From positions 137,239-201,238 of the forward strand of contig CAMTYL010000003.1 of assembly GCA_947085985.1 (NCBI GenBank): DNA of 64,000 nt, written 5' to 3'. The position numbers were made by a program, and so were the translations under genes. How positions within the stretch are numbered: the stretch's first letter is position 1; each line of letters begins with the position of its first letter. The stretch comes from an uncultured bacterium. GTDB lineage: Bacteria > Patescibacteriota > Minisyncoccia > Phycocordibacterales > Phycocordibacteraceae. The notes under the pieces are model-generated. The model ran no database searches. It worked only from the letters and a program-made list of their open reading frames with translations, and was not told the origin of the DNA. Shown one piece after another: positions 28,049 to 37,236 of the stretch.

Positions 28049-28528
28049 ATGAACAAAAGTGTACTAGTGTTTGGGTACGGTTCCCTCATGAATCCTAGAA
28101 GCCTAGCGCTGACCTTGCCAGGAAAACGCACAGTGACCCCCGCAGTTCTGCAGGGTTACCGACGAGTGTGCAACGTCCCAGTAAATGGTTACGCCTATCT
28201 TAATCTTGAGGCATGTGAAGGGTTTAGTGTAGAGGGTGTGCTTGTTCAGGTGTGGCAAGACGAACTGCCTGCACTGTTTAAGCGCGAGGAGGGATACGAG
28301 TTTGTAAATGTAACTTCTGCGATAGAAGGCATTGTGAGCAAGACGTTTGCCTTTATTGCAAAGTCCGGATGTAGAGAAGATCTCGCTGTCCCAAGAAGTT
28401 ACCTACAAACATGCTTTGCCAAAATGGAGCCCACAAAAAACGAACAGACTTTCCTGGAATTAAGAATGCCCGGAGGAGTATATGAAGACCTAGATAATCC
28501 CGTTTATCAGAACTATGTTCTGGACTAA
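28049..28528 (+). CDS. Gamma-glutamyl cyclotransferase (GGCT/AIG2-like)
   Basis: VLVFGYGSLMNP is the YGSL signature with a catalytic Glu further on; 159 aa. Confidence 0.65.
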   Translation: MNKSVLVFGYGSLMNPRSLALTLPGKRTVTPAVLQGYRRVCNVPVNGYAYLNLEACEGFSVEGVLVQVWQDELPALFKREEGYEFVNVTSAIEGIVSKTFAFIAKSGCREDLAVPRSYLQTCFAKMEPTKNEQTFLELRMPGGVYEDLDNPVYQNYVLD

Positions 28529-28530
28529 AC

Positions 28531-28568
28531 CTCTTCGTCGGTAAGGAAGGAGCCAGCCTGGATGCTCA
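28531..28568. repeat. Repeat copy c: ABC-exporter 3'-end-derived direct repeat
   Basis: tcgtcggtaaggaaggagccagcctggatgctcaaaag begins 3 nt after the GGCT stop. It encodes (minus strand) LSIQAGSFLTDEE. Confidence 0.6.
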
Positions 28569-28821
28569 AAAGTTGTTAAGGTTTTGCGCGAGTTTGATAA
28601 ATTAGAGAGTCGCAGTATGAAATAAGTATGTTCGCGTAGTTTGCAAGTGCTCGGTACCGTTTACCTTAAGGCGCCAAGATAGAACCACTCCCCTCCTGCC
28701 TTGACGTAAGTCTTGGGGAATAGAATGACCCCCTCTCTATAGTGTAAGAGTATGTACTGCAGTAACCGCAAGCGTCCCCGCACGTAGTTAGTGCCCCTCA
28801 GATAGTGCTATCCTGTGATAT

Positions 28822-29685
28822 ATGAAAAAGCGTCTTTCAATCAATTTGCTTACTTCCAGAGTCTTTTGGGAAAGTATGCCACTGATCATCGCCGAAATAG
28901 CGGAAAGAGAGCATTATCTTTCCATATTCGACGACAGACATATGCCTACCCTTGAGGGTTTGTTCGATTGTGATGTTCTCATCGACATGAGTGCAATTAC
29001 TGATGTGGAGTTCTACGAGAAATTGAAGACTGAATCTCTACGGAGAAAGATGGCTGGACAGAAAATTCCTCTCATGGTCGACAGTCCTGAGGCAGTAATG
29101 AATTCCATGGATAAAAGAAAAACACATGCGCTTATGCCGGATCTGGTTCCAGAATCCTATGACTTAGATGGTGTTAATAACGAGAGTATGATTGCCAAAT
29201 TCTTTGATGACGAATACCTTCTTATAAAAGACCCCTTCGGATGGCAAGCGAGGGGAATAGACCGACTATCACCAAAAGCAGCACTCGAAAAGTACCGAGT
29301 CTCAAAGGGGCTAATCGCTCAAAAATATATTCCATTCACGGACGGTGTAGGAAGAGTCCTTACCTTGAATCATGCTTCTGATTTTGAGATCATGTGCGCC
29401 TATTTACGAATACCGGACTCGTGGAGAACTGGTGAAGGTACTGAATCTCAATACAAATTGGTAGAAATTGACGAAAAACTCCGAGACTTTGCGAAAACTG
29501 CCGCAATACGGTCTGGGCTTTATTTAAACGGTATCGATTACATTTACAAAGATGGACAGTATGTTCTTTTAGAAGTGAACGCCGCGGCAGGACTCCGCGA
29601 TCCTTATGATGAGTTCAAAATAGATACTCCAAAGATTTTTCTTGATCACATCGAAAGAAACTCCAGAGTCGCTCTTGGTGATTAG
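28822..29685 (+). CDS. ATP-grasp ligase (RimK-like small amino-acid ligase)
   Basis: C-terminal ...YVLLEVNAAAGL (E-x-N catalytic loop) and a central nucleotide-binding region; 287 aa. Low-GC gene. Confidence 0.6.
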   Translation: MKKRLSINLLTSRVFWESMPLIIAEIAEREHYLSIFDDRHMPTLEGLFDCDVLIDMSAITDVEFYEKLKTESLRRKMAGQKIPLMVDSPEAVMNSMDKRKTHALMPDLVPESYDLDGVNNESMIAKFFDDEYLLIKDPFGWQARGIDRLSPKAALEKYRVSKGLIAQKYIPFTDGVGRVLTLNHASDFEIMCAYLRIPDSWRTGEGTESQYKLVEIDEKLRDFAKTAAIRSGLYLNGIDYIYKDGQYVLLEVNAAAGLRDPYDEFKIDTPKIFLDHIERNSRVALGD

Positions 29686-30497
29686 TAGGTTCTTAAAGTA
29701 GATTTCTGAAACAGCGTATACCTGGTTTTGCCGTAAAAGTCGTAAAACGGAAAATACTCTGCGAGAACTGCACTGGCCCCAAAGTCCAGTAGCTGTTGGC
29801 CAAAATTTGAACCTGTTTCCATATACATTATTAAGTTCACCTCGTTTTCGATTGCCAAACTGAATACTACATCCGCAGTGTTCGACACAAAGATCATTCC
29901 TGTTGCAATAATGTACTGAGCCGACTTGATACGTTCTGTTATGTCGGACCCTGCTCCGTGTTCAATAGTCTTGCTACTAATCTGCAAGCCTATTTTTTGA
30001 GGTTCCAAATCGAGCACGGACAAATCGATATCTCGCGCAGCAGCCTCTTCTATGATTTCAGTTGCTGCACCAATTAACAGCACACTAGAGCCTGATGGAA
30101 TTTGATCCATTAACTTGCTAGCTCGCTGGCGTGCTTTTTCTCGCAGATTACCTACTAAGAAAGAGGGTACGTGTTCGATATCTTCTTCATTAAGGAGGCA
30201 GTACATGGCATCAGCAAGTGCTACGCGCATGTAAAGAGGAATGTCTTCTTTCAGAATATCTGGAATTTCATTATTAACAAATTTGCTTAAGCCATAATCG
30301 ATTTCCTCTTGGAAATATGAAAATCCATACGCATTCTCAAGAAGCACGAGACAGAAATTCATGTCAGTGAAAACTGAATCGCAATTCTTAATAGTATACA
30401 GTGACTTACCAAGAATGATGTTGTCGATACGGAGGTTCTCGGTTTTCTGGGCCAAGGAATGAGTCCCCTTGCTGAGCAGAGTTTCGAGTATGCTCAT
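29682..30497 (-). CDS. Hypothetical Rossmann-like protein (DUF364-like?)
   Basis: Central SSVLLIGAATEIIEEAAARDIDLSVLDLEP beta-alpha-beta signature. Translationally coupled with the upstream ATP-grasp gene (4-nt overlap). Confidence 0.3.
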   Translation of the reverse strand: MSILETLLSKGTHSLAQKTENLRIDNIILGKSLYTIKNCDSVFTDMNFCLVLLENAYGFSYFQEEIDYGLSKFVNNEIPDILKEDIPLYMRVALADAMYCLLNEEDIEHVPSFLVGNLREKARQRASKLMDQIPSGSSVLLIGAATEIIEEAAARDIDLSVLDLEPQKIGLQISSKTIEHGAGSDITERIKSAQYIIATGMIFVSNTADVVFSLAIENEVNLIMYMETGSNFGQQLLDFGASAVLAEYFPFYDFYGKTRYTLFQKSTLRTY

Positions 30498-31873
30498 ACG
30501 GAAGTTAGTGCGTGATTTCGTACACTGGCAATTAGTTCTCCGGCCCAGGGTTCAATTTCATACTTTTCTCTTGCGATAATCGTCTTCTTCAGAATAATTC
30601 TTGCTACAATTCCTCCTGGGGGTAGTTCGCGACCAGTGTGCGCACTGTAGGTTACTAATATTTCTCCGTCCTTCAAGTCTTTAACTCGAAGCAAGAAATT
30701 TACTTTTCTGAACGCATCGTTTTCTAGATGGTAGATTCCAGGCTCTAGGTATCCAGCAACAGTAACTGTGGAATGCGAATTATTATAGACGATGACTTGC
30801 GCATAATCATGTTCAGACAAGTCTATCTCTCCGTTAAGAAACTCCAGTCCATCTACATAATCTAGCACAGAAAATTCTTCGAGATGCTTTATTATGTCGG
30901 GGAGCAGACCTTGGTCTTTCTGCATACCAGTCAGCAAGCGCGTTAGACCCACAAGTCTGGTATTTAATTCTTGAACATATACGATGTTAGTTTCTTTGTC
31001 CCAGAGAAAGTCAACCCCGAGTATGCCCCTGTAACCCTTGCCTCTCGCGTGCTCCGCTATTTTCTCGCACATACTCCGCACGGTTTTCACGAGTGAGGCA
31101 CTGAACAAGCTCTGGTTGGTGTCATTTCCTGCAAACTTGAAAGGCATTGATGTCAGCTCAGGAAATCCTACTAGTTGTAAAAAAGGACCCCGAATTAGTG
31201 TTTTTTCTTCAAGCACGGTTAGATGAACAGAAATTGGTATGTTATTTCTCAAATACTTTGTTGCCTTAAATACACCCCGCAGGCCCTGTGCCTTTTCAAA
31301 AATATCTTCGATTGAACCAACTAAGAATGTGTCTTCACCAGAAACACCCAAGGAGCCTTGCAGGATGAAGGGCACCCCCAAGCCCTCTTTACATTCTTCA
31401 AATGCCATTTCGAGATCTGTCGACACGTCTTTGAAGACCAGGGAGGAGTTACATGGCAAAGCCAGTTCTTGGCAAATAGAGGGCAGATTCAGTTTATCGC
31501 CAAGAACTTCTTGGAGCCGATATGGTGCAAGCGACATTTGAATCTCCGCTGTGTGGAGAAGCTCGTCGATATTGTGGTTCATAAAGAAAAAAAGCACCGT
31601 AGAATTGACTCTATCGGGAAGCGCACGGGACAGAAATTCCTGATCAGCAAGCATAATCTCAACGGCTTTGTCACTATCGATGTCCTTTGCCAAGTCCTTA
31701 TTAAGGTACGAGTCAATATTCCATGCTTGCCTCAAGTGCCGGTATAAAGAATCGTCATCATAGGTGACTATCTTAAAATTCTGCAGCAAGTCCAAAAGTT
31801 CTACCGACATAAATGGAGTTTTCTCAAAAAAGATAACTTGGCAATCTGGCGAACTGGACCCCTCCGTGTTCAT
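30494..31873 (-). CDS. Large ATP-grasp domain protein
   Basis: GILGVDFLWDKETNIVYVQELNTRL (ATP-grasp E-x-N Mg-binding loop); 459 aa with N-terminal pre-ATP-grasp region. Confidence 0.5.
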   Translation of the reverse strand: MNTEGSSSPDCQVIFFEKTPFMSVELLDLLQNFKIVTYDDDSLYRHLRQAWNIDSYLNKDLAKDIDSDKAVEIMLADQEFLSRALPDRVNSTVLFFFMNHNIDELLHTAEIQMSLAPYRLQEVLGDKLNLPSICQELALPCNSSLVFKDVSTDLEMAFEECKEGLGVPFILQGSLGVSGEDTFLVGSIEDIFEKAQGLRGVFKATKYLRNNIPISVHLTVLEEKTLIRGPFLQLVGFPELTSMPFKFAGNDTNQSLFSASLVKTVRSMCEKIAEHARGKGYRGILGVDFLWDKETNIVYVQELNTRLVGLTRLLTGMQKDQGLLPDIIKHLEEFSVLDYVDGLEFLNGEIDLSEHDYAQVIVYNNSHSTVTVAGYLEPGIYHLENDAFRKVNFLLRVKDLKDGEILVTYSAHTGRELPPGGIVARIILKKTIIAREKYEIEPWAGELIASVRNHALTSV

Positions 31874-33330
31874 GGACGTGGGCGCATAAGTGGAAAAATC
31901 TGGGCTTCACGAATGCTTTTTCCAGCAAGGAAGCTGAATAAACGCTCGGAAACACCGAAACCAAACGTTGGTGGCATACCATACTCCATGGCTTCGACAT
32001 ACTCAAAGTCAGCCATCTGCGCTTCTTCGTCCCCAGCATCTCGCAGTGTTTGCTGGTCCTCAAATCGCTTGCGCTGGTCAGCGGGATCGTTTAATTCGTT
32101 GAATGCTTTTCCGAGTTCGCTACCCCCAATCAAAATTTGAAAGCGGTCAACGACACGAGAGTCGCCCATGGACTTTTTTGCTAAAGGTTCAAGGTACACA
32201 GGCATGCCGGTCATTATCGCTGGGCCACCGATAGTCTTACGAATCTTCTTCCATAAAAGGTCTATACCACGACCTGTATCAATGTTTGACTCATAAGGAA
32301 TACCATGTTCTTGCAAAAGAGAAACTACATTTTCGAGCTCAACGTCCCTCGGATCGATTCTGTACTCTTTCTGCATAAGCTCGTTAAAATCATACCTTTT
32401 CCATTCGGAGTTCAGATCAACATCGAAATCATTAATCTGGAAACGGGACGTACCAAACGTGGACTCCGCGACAGTTCGGTAAAGCTCGATAAGCATTGGT
32501 ACACCTGCGCGTGCATCCTGATACGCTTCGTAAAACTCGAACGAAGTATAGTCATTGGCGTGCTCGTACGACATGCCTTCATTTCTAAATATGCGGCCTA
32601 TTTCAAAGGTCTTTGGAAGTCCACCAATCATCAGCTTCTTTTGCCATAACTCTCCTACTGATATGCGAAGGAAAACATCAATGTCTAATGAGTTGTGATG
32701 GGTAACAAACGGCCGCGCCTCAGCTCCACCGGTCATGGTTTCAAGAACTGGGGTCTCGACTTCAATAAAATCCCTCTCAAGCATAAAGGTTCTGACTGCA
32801 TTCCAAAAGACCGAGCGCTTCTTAATAAGTTCAGTCACATCGGAATCTAGCAGCATGTCGATGTAACGTTTTCGGTAGCGTTCATCCTCATCCTTTAGCC
32901 CAAACCATTCGTCCGGAATAGGCCTTAAACTTTTTGCAAGCATGCGCCACTCGGCTACCATGAGAGAATTCACCCCACGTTTCGTAGTGAAAGCAGTTCC
33001 AGAGACTTCAATAAAATCACCATTGTCTACAACATCCATAAAAAGACCCGTACTCTCATTACCGAGCGCATCCTTTTTAATAAGCACTTGAACACGCCCA
33101 CTGCCGTCAAATATGTCAAGAAAGATAATTCCTCCTTGATTTCTGAGGGCCATAATTCGACCAGCAATTGTTACGTGCTCTTCGGAAGAAACGAGCAAGC
33201 TGAAGGACTCCAAAAATTTAGCATTATCATGCGTACGTTTTGACTCGGCCGGATACGGGTCAATTCCTTGCTGCCTAAGCAAGTCGAGTTTCTTGAACCG
33301 TTCGGCCCGGACATCGTCTAGAAAAGCCAT
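31870..33330 (-). CDS. lysS: Lysyl-tRNA synthetase, class II
   Basis: OB anticodon-binding N-terminus. Motif 2 (FEIGRIFRNEG), motif 3 (EYGMPPTFGFGVSERL); 486 aa. Low-GC (about 40%) gene. Confidence 0.85.
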   Translation of the reverse strand: MAFLDDVRAERFKKLDLLRQQGIDPYPAESKRTHDNAKFLESFSLLVSSEEHVTIAGRIMALRNQGGIIFLDIFDGSGRVQVLIKKDALGNESTGLFMDVVDNGDFIEVSGTAFTTKRGVNSLMVAEWRMLAKSLRPIPDEWFGLKDEDERYRKRYIDMLLDSDVTELIKKRSVFWNAVRTFMLERDFIEVETPVLETMTGGAEARPFVTHHNSLDIDVFLRISVGELWQKKLMIGGLPKTFEIGRIFRNEGMSYEHANDYTSFEFYEAYQDARAGVPMLIELYRTVAESTFGTSRFQINDFDVDLNSEWKRYDFNELMQKEYRIDPRDVELENVVSLLQEHGIPYESNIDTGRGIDLLWKKIRKTIGGPAIMTGMPVYLEPLAKKSMGDSRVVDRFQILIGGSELGKAFNELNDPADQRKRFEDQQTLRDAGDEEAQMADFEYVEAMEYGMPPTFGFGVSERLFSFLAGKSIREAQIFPLMRPRP

Positions 33331-33450
33331 ATACTAGTATTGTTTATTATACCAGAAACTGAATGTTTATCTAATTTAACCTGCTCGTCTTGTAGGCCTA
33401 GACATCGAGTCGTGTATCATTACTCGTGAATACTTTTTACTCAATCCCCT

Positions 33451-34698
33451 ATGAATACTAAAAGAATACCTTTTTCGCTCGACCAAATCCAGGCACTCGC
33501 GCGCGAGCACGCAACACCATTTTATGTATACGATGAAGCTGGAATTAGAAGTTCCGTCCGAACGCTGTTTAAGCTCTTTTCGTGGAATGCGGGCTTTAGA
33601 GAGTATTTTCCGATAAAGGCAACGCCAAACCCTGCGATTCTGAAGATTCTGGCAGAGGAGGGTTGTGCCGCTGATTGCTGCTCAGTGCCGGAGCTCCTGA
33701 TTGCCGAACAAGTCGGACTAATAGGAGAGTCAGTCATACTTACATCAAACTTTACCGGGCCAGAAGAGTTCAAGAAAGCTAGAGAAATGGAAGCGATAAT
33801 AAACCTTGATGATCCAAATCACCTGCCCTATCTCGACGACTTGGCGGGTCTGCCAGAGGTATTGTGCCTCCGATACAATCCCGGACCGTTTGGCCAAGGC
33901 GGCTCAGAGACATGGGCACATCTGACTGAAGACAAATTCGGTATGAAAAAAGATCAGTTGTTTGAAACGTATATTCGTGCGAGAGAGAATGGAATCCGTC
34001 GATTCGGACTGCACATGATGATCATGTCCAACGATCTTGATGGCGAGCATTTAGTAGAGACTGCCCGAATTTGTTTCGAGACTGCTGTGGAATTGCGACG
34101 AATCTTCGGAATCAATCTTGATTTTATTGACTTGGGAGGCGGTGTCGGGATACCGTATCGACCCGACCAGGAAGCAATCGATATGGCGACCGTCGTTGAG
34201 AGAATTCGTACCATGTATGAAGAACACCTATATAGTGGAAATTTAGAACCTTTGCGACTTTTCACGGAATTTGGTCGATTTGTGGTCGGACAGCATGGCT
34301 ATCTTGTCGCCACTGTTAGGCACATAAAAGAAAGTTATAAACATTTTGCTGGATTAAACGCGACCATGGCAGACCTTATGCGACCTGGAATGTACGGCTC
34401 GTATCACCACATCAGCATTCTAAATAAATTGGGAGAGAAATCAGAAGTAATGTATGACGTGGTGGGTTCGTTGTGCGAAAATAACGATAAATTTGCGATT
34501 GATCGTCAACTCCCACGGCTTGATCCGGGTGATGTGGTAGTTATTCACGACGCTGGGGCGTACGGTCGCGGAAAAGGCTTTAATTTCAATGGAAAATTAC
34601 GTCCAGCTGAATTTTTATTTGAGAAAGACGGTGTATCCTTCAAAAAAATCCGCCGAGCTGAGACGTCCGAAGACTATTTGTCGACTCTTCGAGTGTGA
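33451..34698 (+). CDS. PLP-dependent fold-III decarboxylase (Orn/DAP/Arg decarboxylase family; LysA- or carboxynorspermidine-decarboxylase-like)
   Basis: FYVYDEAGIR...PIKATPNPAILKILAEEGCAADCCSVPEL (PLP-Lys region), GGGVGIPY, EFGRFVVG; 415 aa. Confidence 0.7.
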   Translation: MNTKRIPFSLDQIQALAREHATPFYVYDEAGIRSSVRTLFKLFSWNAGFREYFPIKATPNPAILKILAEEGCAADCCSVPELLIAEQVGLIGESVILTSNFTGPEEFKKAREMEAIINLDDPNHLPYLDDLAGLPEVLCLRYNPGPFGQGGSETWAHLTEDKFGMKKDQLFETYIRARENGIRRFGLHMMIMSNDLDGEHLVETARICFETAVELRRIFGINLDFIDLGGGVGIPYRPDQEAIDMATVVERIRTMYEEHLYSGNLEPLRLFTEFGRFVVGQHGYLVATVRHIKESYKHFAGLNATMADLMRPGMYGSYHHISILNKLGEKSEVMYDVVGSLCENNDKFAIDRQLPRLDPGDVVVIHDAGAYGRGKGFNFNGKLRPAEFLFEKDGVSFKKIRRAETSEDYLSTLRV

Positions 34699-34890
34699 CT
34701 ACAGGCTATATAATTGTCTGACTTAATAGCGCGGTTAAGATAAGAAATTAGTCTCTAGGGATGATTTCAAAGTCCGAGATTTTGAAATATGTTACGTTTT
34801 GAAAATCTCAAAAACTATACAAAAAATGCTAGTAGTCGGGTTCGTAAGTTAACATACTTGCATATACTCTCAATAATGATGGCAGATGAA

Positions 34891-36039
34891 CTAAAAAAAT
34901 CTTGCTAGCTTAAATCCGTCTATGTCGATAGTGCTGATACCATCAATTACGAGTTCAGCAAGTATCTCACCGACTGCTGCAGAGTGCTTGAAGCCATGAC
35001 CGGAACATGGAGATGCAAGAATTACTGAAGGGTGTTCCGGGTGTTGATCGATCACAAAGTCATGATCAGGTGTGAGAGTGTAGAGACATGGAACCGCCCT
35101 TACGCAGCGACTGCTCAATCCTCTAATGTTTGGAGCTATGAAAGTGTCATAGGCGGATTGTTTCTCTTCCTCACTGACATCTCGACTAGTCTCGTCAACA
35201 GACGAGACTAGTTCGTCATCCGCACACGCTATTTTTAGCCCGCCGTGCGGACCGTCCAAGGCCGGGAATCCATTCAAGTGCCAGATAAAGATTGGGAATT
35301 TGTCAGGAAGAAAACTTTCTACCGGTCCGTCAATATCAAACCAGTACATCACCTGACGGTGTACAGTAAAAAGCTTTTGATATTTCTCCTCGAGAAGTCG
35401 CGAGAGCCAAGGGCCAGCGCTGATTATAAGCCTATCAGCAGTGTACTCTCCCAAATTCGTCTTTACTGTTACTCCGTCACGGCCTTCTGAAAAACTCACC
35501 ACTCTCTCATTCATGTTTATTTGAGCGGCATATTTTGCAGCAAGAGAAAGTTGAGCAGTCAGACATTCTTCAGCACGGAGAAACCCAGCATTAGGCTCAT
35601 AATAACCAATATCGCCGTCTCGTATAATAAATTGTGGAAATCGTTCTCGAAGCTCCATTGTGTCTAGTATTTCATGGTCAATCTGATATTTCTTCGCCGC
35701 CGCTACTGTTGCACTGAAGAAATTATTTACTGCGTCCTTCTCCTGCTTACCTATGTTTGAAATAATAATTCCACCCGTAATTGACAATATTTTTTTTCCA
35801 GTCTCCTTCTCTATCTCTTCCCACAACTTATAAGAACGAAGCGACAGTGGAGTATAGTGCTCACCTTCCCCGATTGCTTGACGTGTGATGCGAGTGTCTC
35901 CGTGTGATGATCCGTAGGCGTGTGGGGTCGAAAATTGCTCGATGCCCAATACTCTATTACCTTTCTTTGCTAATTGATACAAAGCTGCGGACCCAGTAGC
36001 TCCTAGACCTACGACAATGGTATTAAACTTAGTAGTCAT
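34891..36039 (-). CDS. FAD-dependent amine oxidase of the monomeric sarcosine oxidase / N-methyltryptophan oxidase (MSOX/MTOX) family
   Basis: VVGLGATGSAALYQL (GxGxxG). HGYGSSHGDTRITRQA (MSOX signature). C-terminal CSGHGFKHS (covalent-FAD Cys region). Confidence 0.65.
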   Translation of the reverse strand: MTTKFNTIVVGLGATGSAALYQLAKKGNRVLGIEQFSTPHAYGSSHGDTRITRQAIGEGEHYTPLSLRSYKLWEEIEKETGKKILSITGGIIISNIGKQEKDAVNNFFSATVAAAKKYQIDHEILDTMELRERFPQFIIRDGDIGYYEPNAGFLRAEECLTAQLSLAAKYAAQINMNERVVSFSEGRDGVTVKTNLGEYTADRLIISAGPWLSRLLEEKYQKLFTVHRQVMYWFDIDGPVESFLPDKFPIFIWHLNGFPALDGPHGGLKIACADDELVSSVDETSRDVSEEEKQSAYDTFIAPNIRGLSSRCVRAVPCLYTLTPDHDFVIDQHPEHPSVILASPCSGHGFKHSAAVGEILAELVIDGISTIDIDGFKLARFF

Positions 36040-36052
36040 ACATGAAGCAGCG

Positions 36053-37099
36053 TCAGGCGAGTGGGTCAGGATACATGCTGTGAACATCGTCAATTTCGGC
36101 AAGTACTTCTGGGGAAAGTACTAAGTCAGTAGCCGCAATATTTGCACGCAAATGTAAACTGCTGGTTGCTCCAACAATCGTACTTGTAACGAATGGGCGT
36201 GAGAGGACAAAAGCAATTGCCATGGTTGCCGGATCGAGATCGTGCTTTTTGGCAATCTGCACGTAGCGTAATACAGCTGCCTGGGCGGCTACAGGATTAT
36301 ACCTATCGCGATTGCGAGCAAAGAGTGAGAAGCGGGCTCCGGGTGGAAGTGCGCCGTCCAAATATTTACCTGTCAGAACACCCATAGAAAGGGGCGCGTA
36401 AGCGAGGAGACCTATTTTCTCCCGTGCTGCAAATTCGCCCAATCCTATTTCAAATGTTCTATTTATAAGCGAGTATTGATTCTGGATCGTTGATATGTGC
36501 GCGAGACCTTTCTCACGTGATGCCCGAAGATACTCTGAAACACCCCACGGAGTTTCGTTGGATATTCCAATGAGTCGTGTTTTCCCCTCTCTTATTAATT
36601 CAGTAAGCGCATCAAGCGTCTCTTCAATTGAAGTCGATACATCTTCGGGATTGTGTGCATATCCACGAGCCCCAAAAAAGTTAGCTTCACGCTCTGGCCA
36701 GTGAATTTGGTAGAGGTCAAGATAATCAGTGCCAAGACGGAGAAGCGTTCCGTTTATCGCTTCGCGTATGCTTGTACGATCCAAATGCGATTGCCCGTCA
36801 GCTGAAGGCGCGCGCGTACGCATAATTGATGAGGGAGCTACCTTACTTGCAAGAACAAGAGTGTCGCGTCGCCCATGCCGCTTAAGCCAAGAACCAATGT
36901 ATTCTTCAGTCAATCCCTGTTTCTTGTGCTCTGGCGGAACAGGGTATATTTCTGCAGTATCTATAAAATTAACTCCTTTGGAAATAGCATAGTCAAGTTG
37001 TTCGTGTGCTTCGTTCTCTGTATTCTGCTGACCCCAATTCATTGAGCCGAGACAAATAGCCGATACACGCACGTCGCTATTAGGAATCATCTTGTACAT
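36053..37099 (-). CDS. Aldo/keto reductase (AKR superfamily, Tas-like)
   Basis: ICLGSMNWGQQNTENEAHEQLDYAISKGVNFIDTAEIYP with catalytic D/Y/K/H context; about 349 aa. Confidence 0.7.
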   Translation of the reverse strand: MYKMIPNSDVRVSAICLGSMNWGQQNTENEAHEQLDYAISKGVNFIDTAEIYPVPPEHKKQGLTEEYIGSWLKRHGRRDTLVLASKVAPSSIMRTRAPSADGQSHLDRTSIREAINGTLLRLGTDYLDLYQIHWPEREANFFGARGYAHNPEDVSTSIEETLDALTELIREGKTRLIGISNETPWGVSEYLRASREKGLAHISTIQNQYSLINRTFEIGLGEFAAREKIGLLAYAPLSMGVLTGKYLDGALPPGARFSLFARNRDRYNPVAAQAAVLRYVQIAKKHDLDPATMAIAFVLSRPFVTSTIVGATSSLHLRANIAATDLVLSPEVLAEIDDVHSMYPDPLA

Positions 37100-37236
37100 C
37101 ATAGACAAGCGAATAGTACAATGAAAAAGAAACACATTCTAGCCAATCGACACGCCCGTAGCGACGTCTTGTGTCTTAATGATTGGAGGAAGTCCGTACG
37201 CACCTTCTATAGTTTGCAGGAGTTCTGGGTCCATGG

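Noticed and set aside
33331-33450. Possible T-box or other riboswitch leader upstream of lysS or of trpS2
   Set aside because: The leaders are only about 60-120 nt, too short for a T-box (typically over 200 nt). I could not find a specifier-loop or antiterminator pattern by eye.
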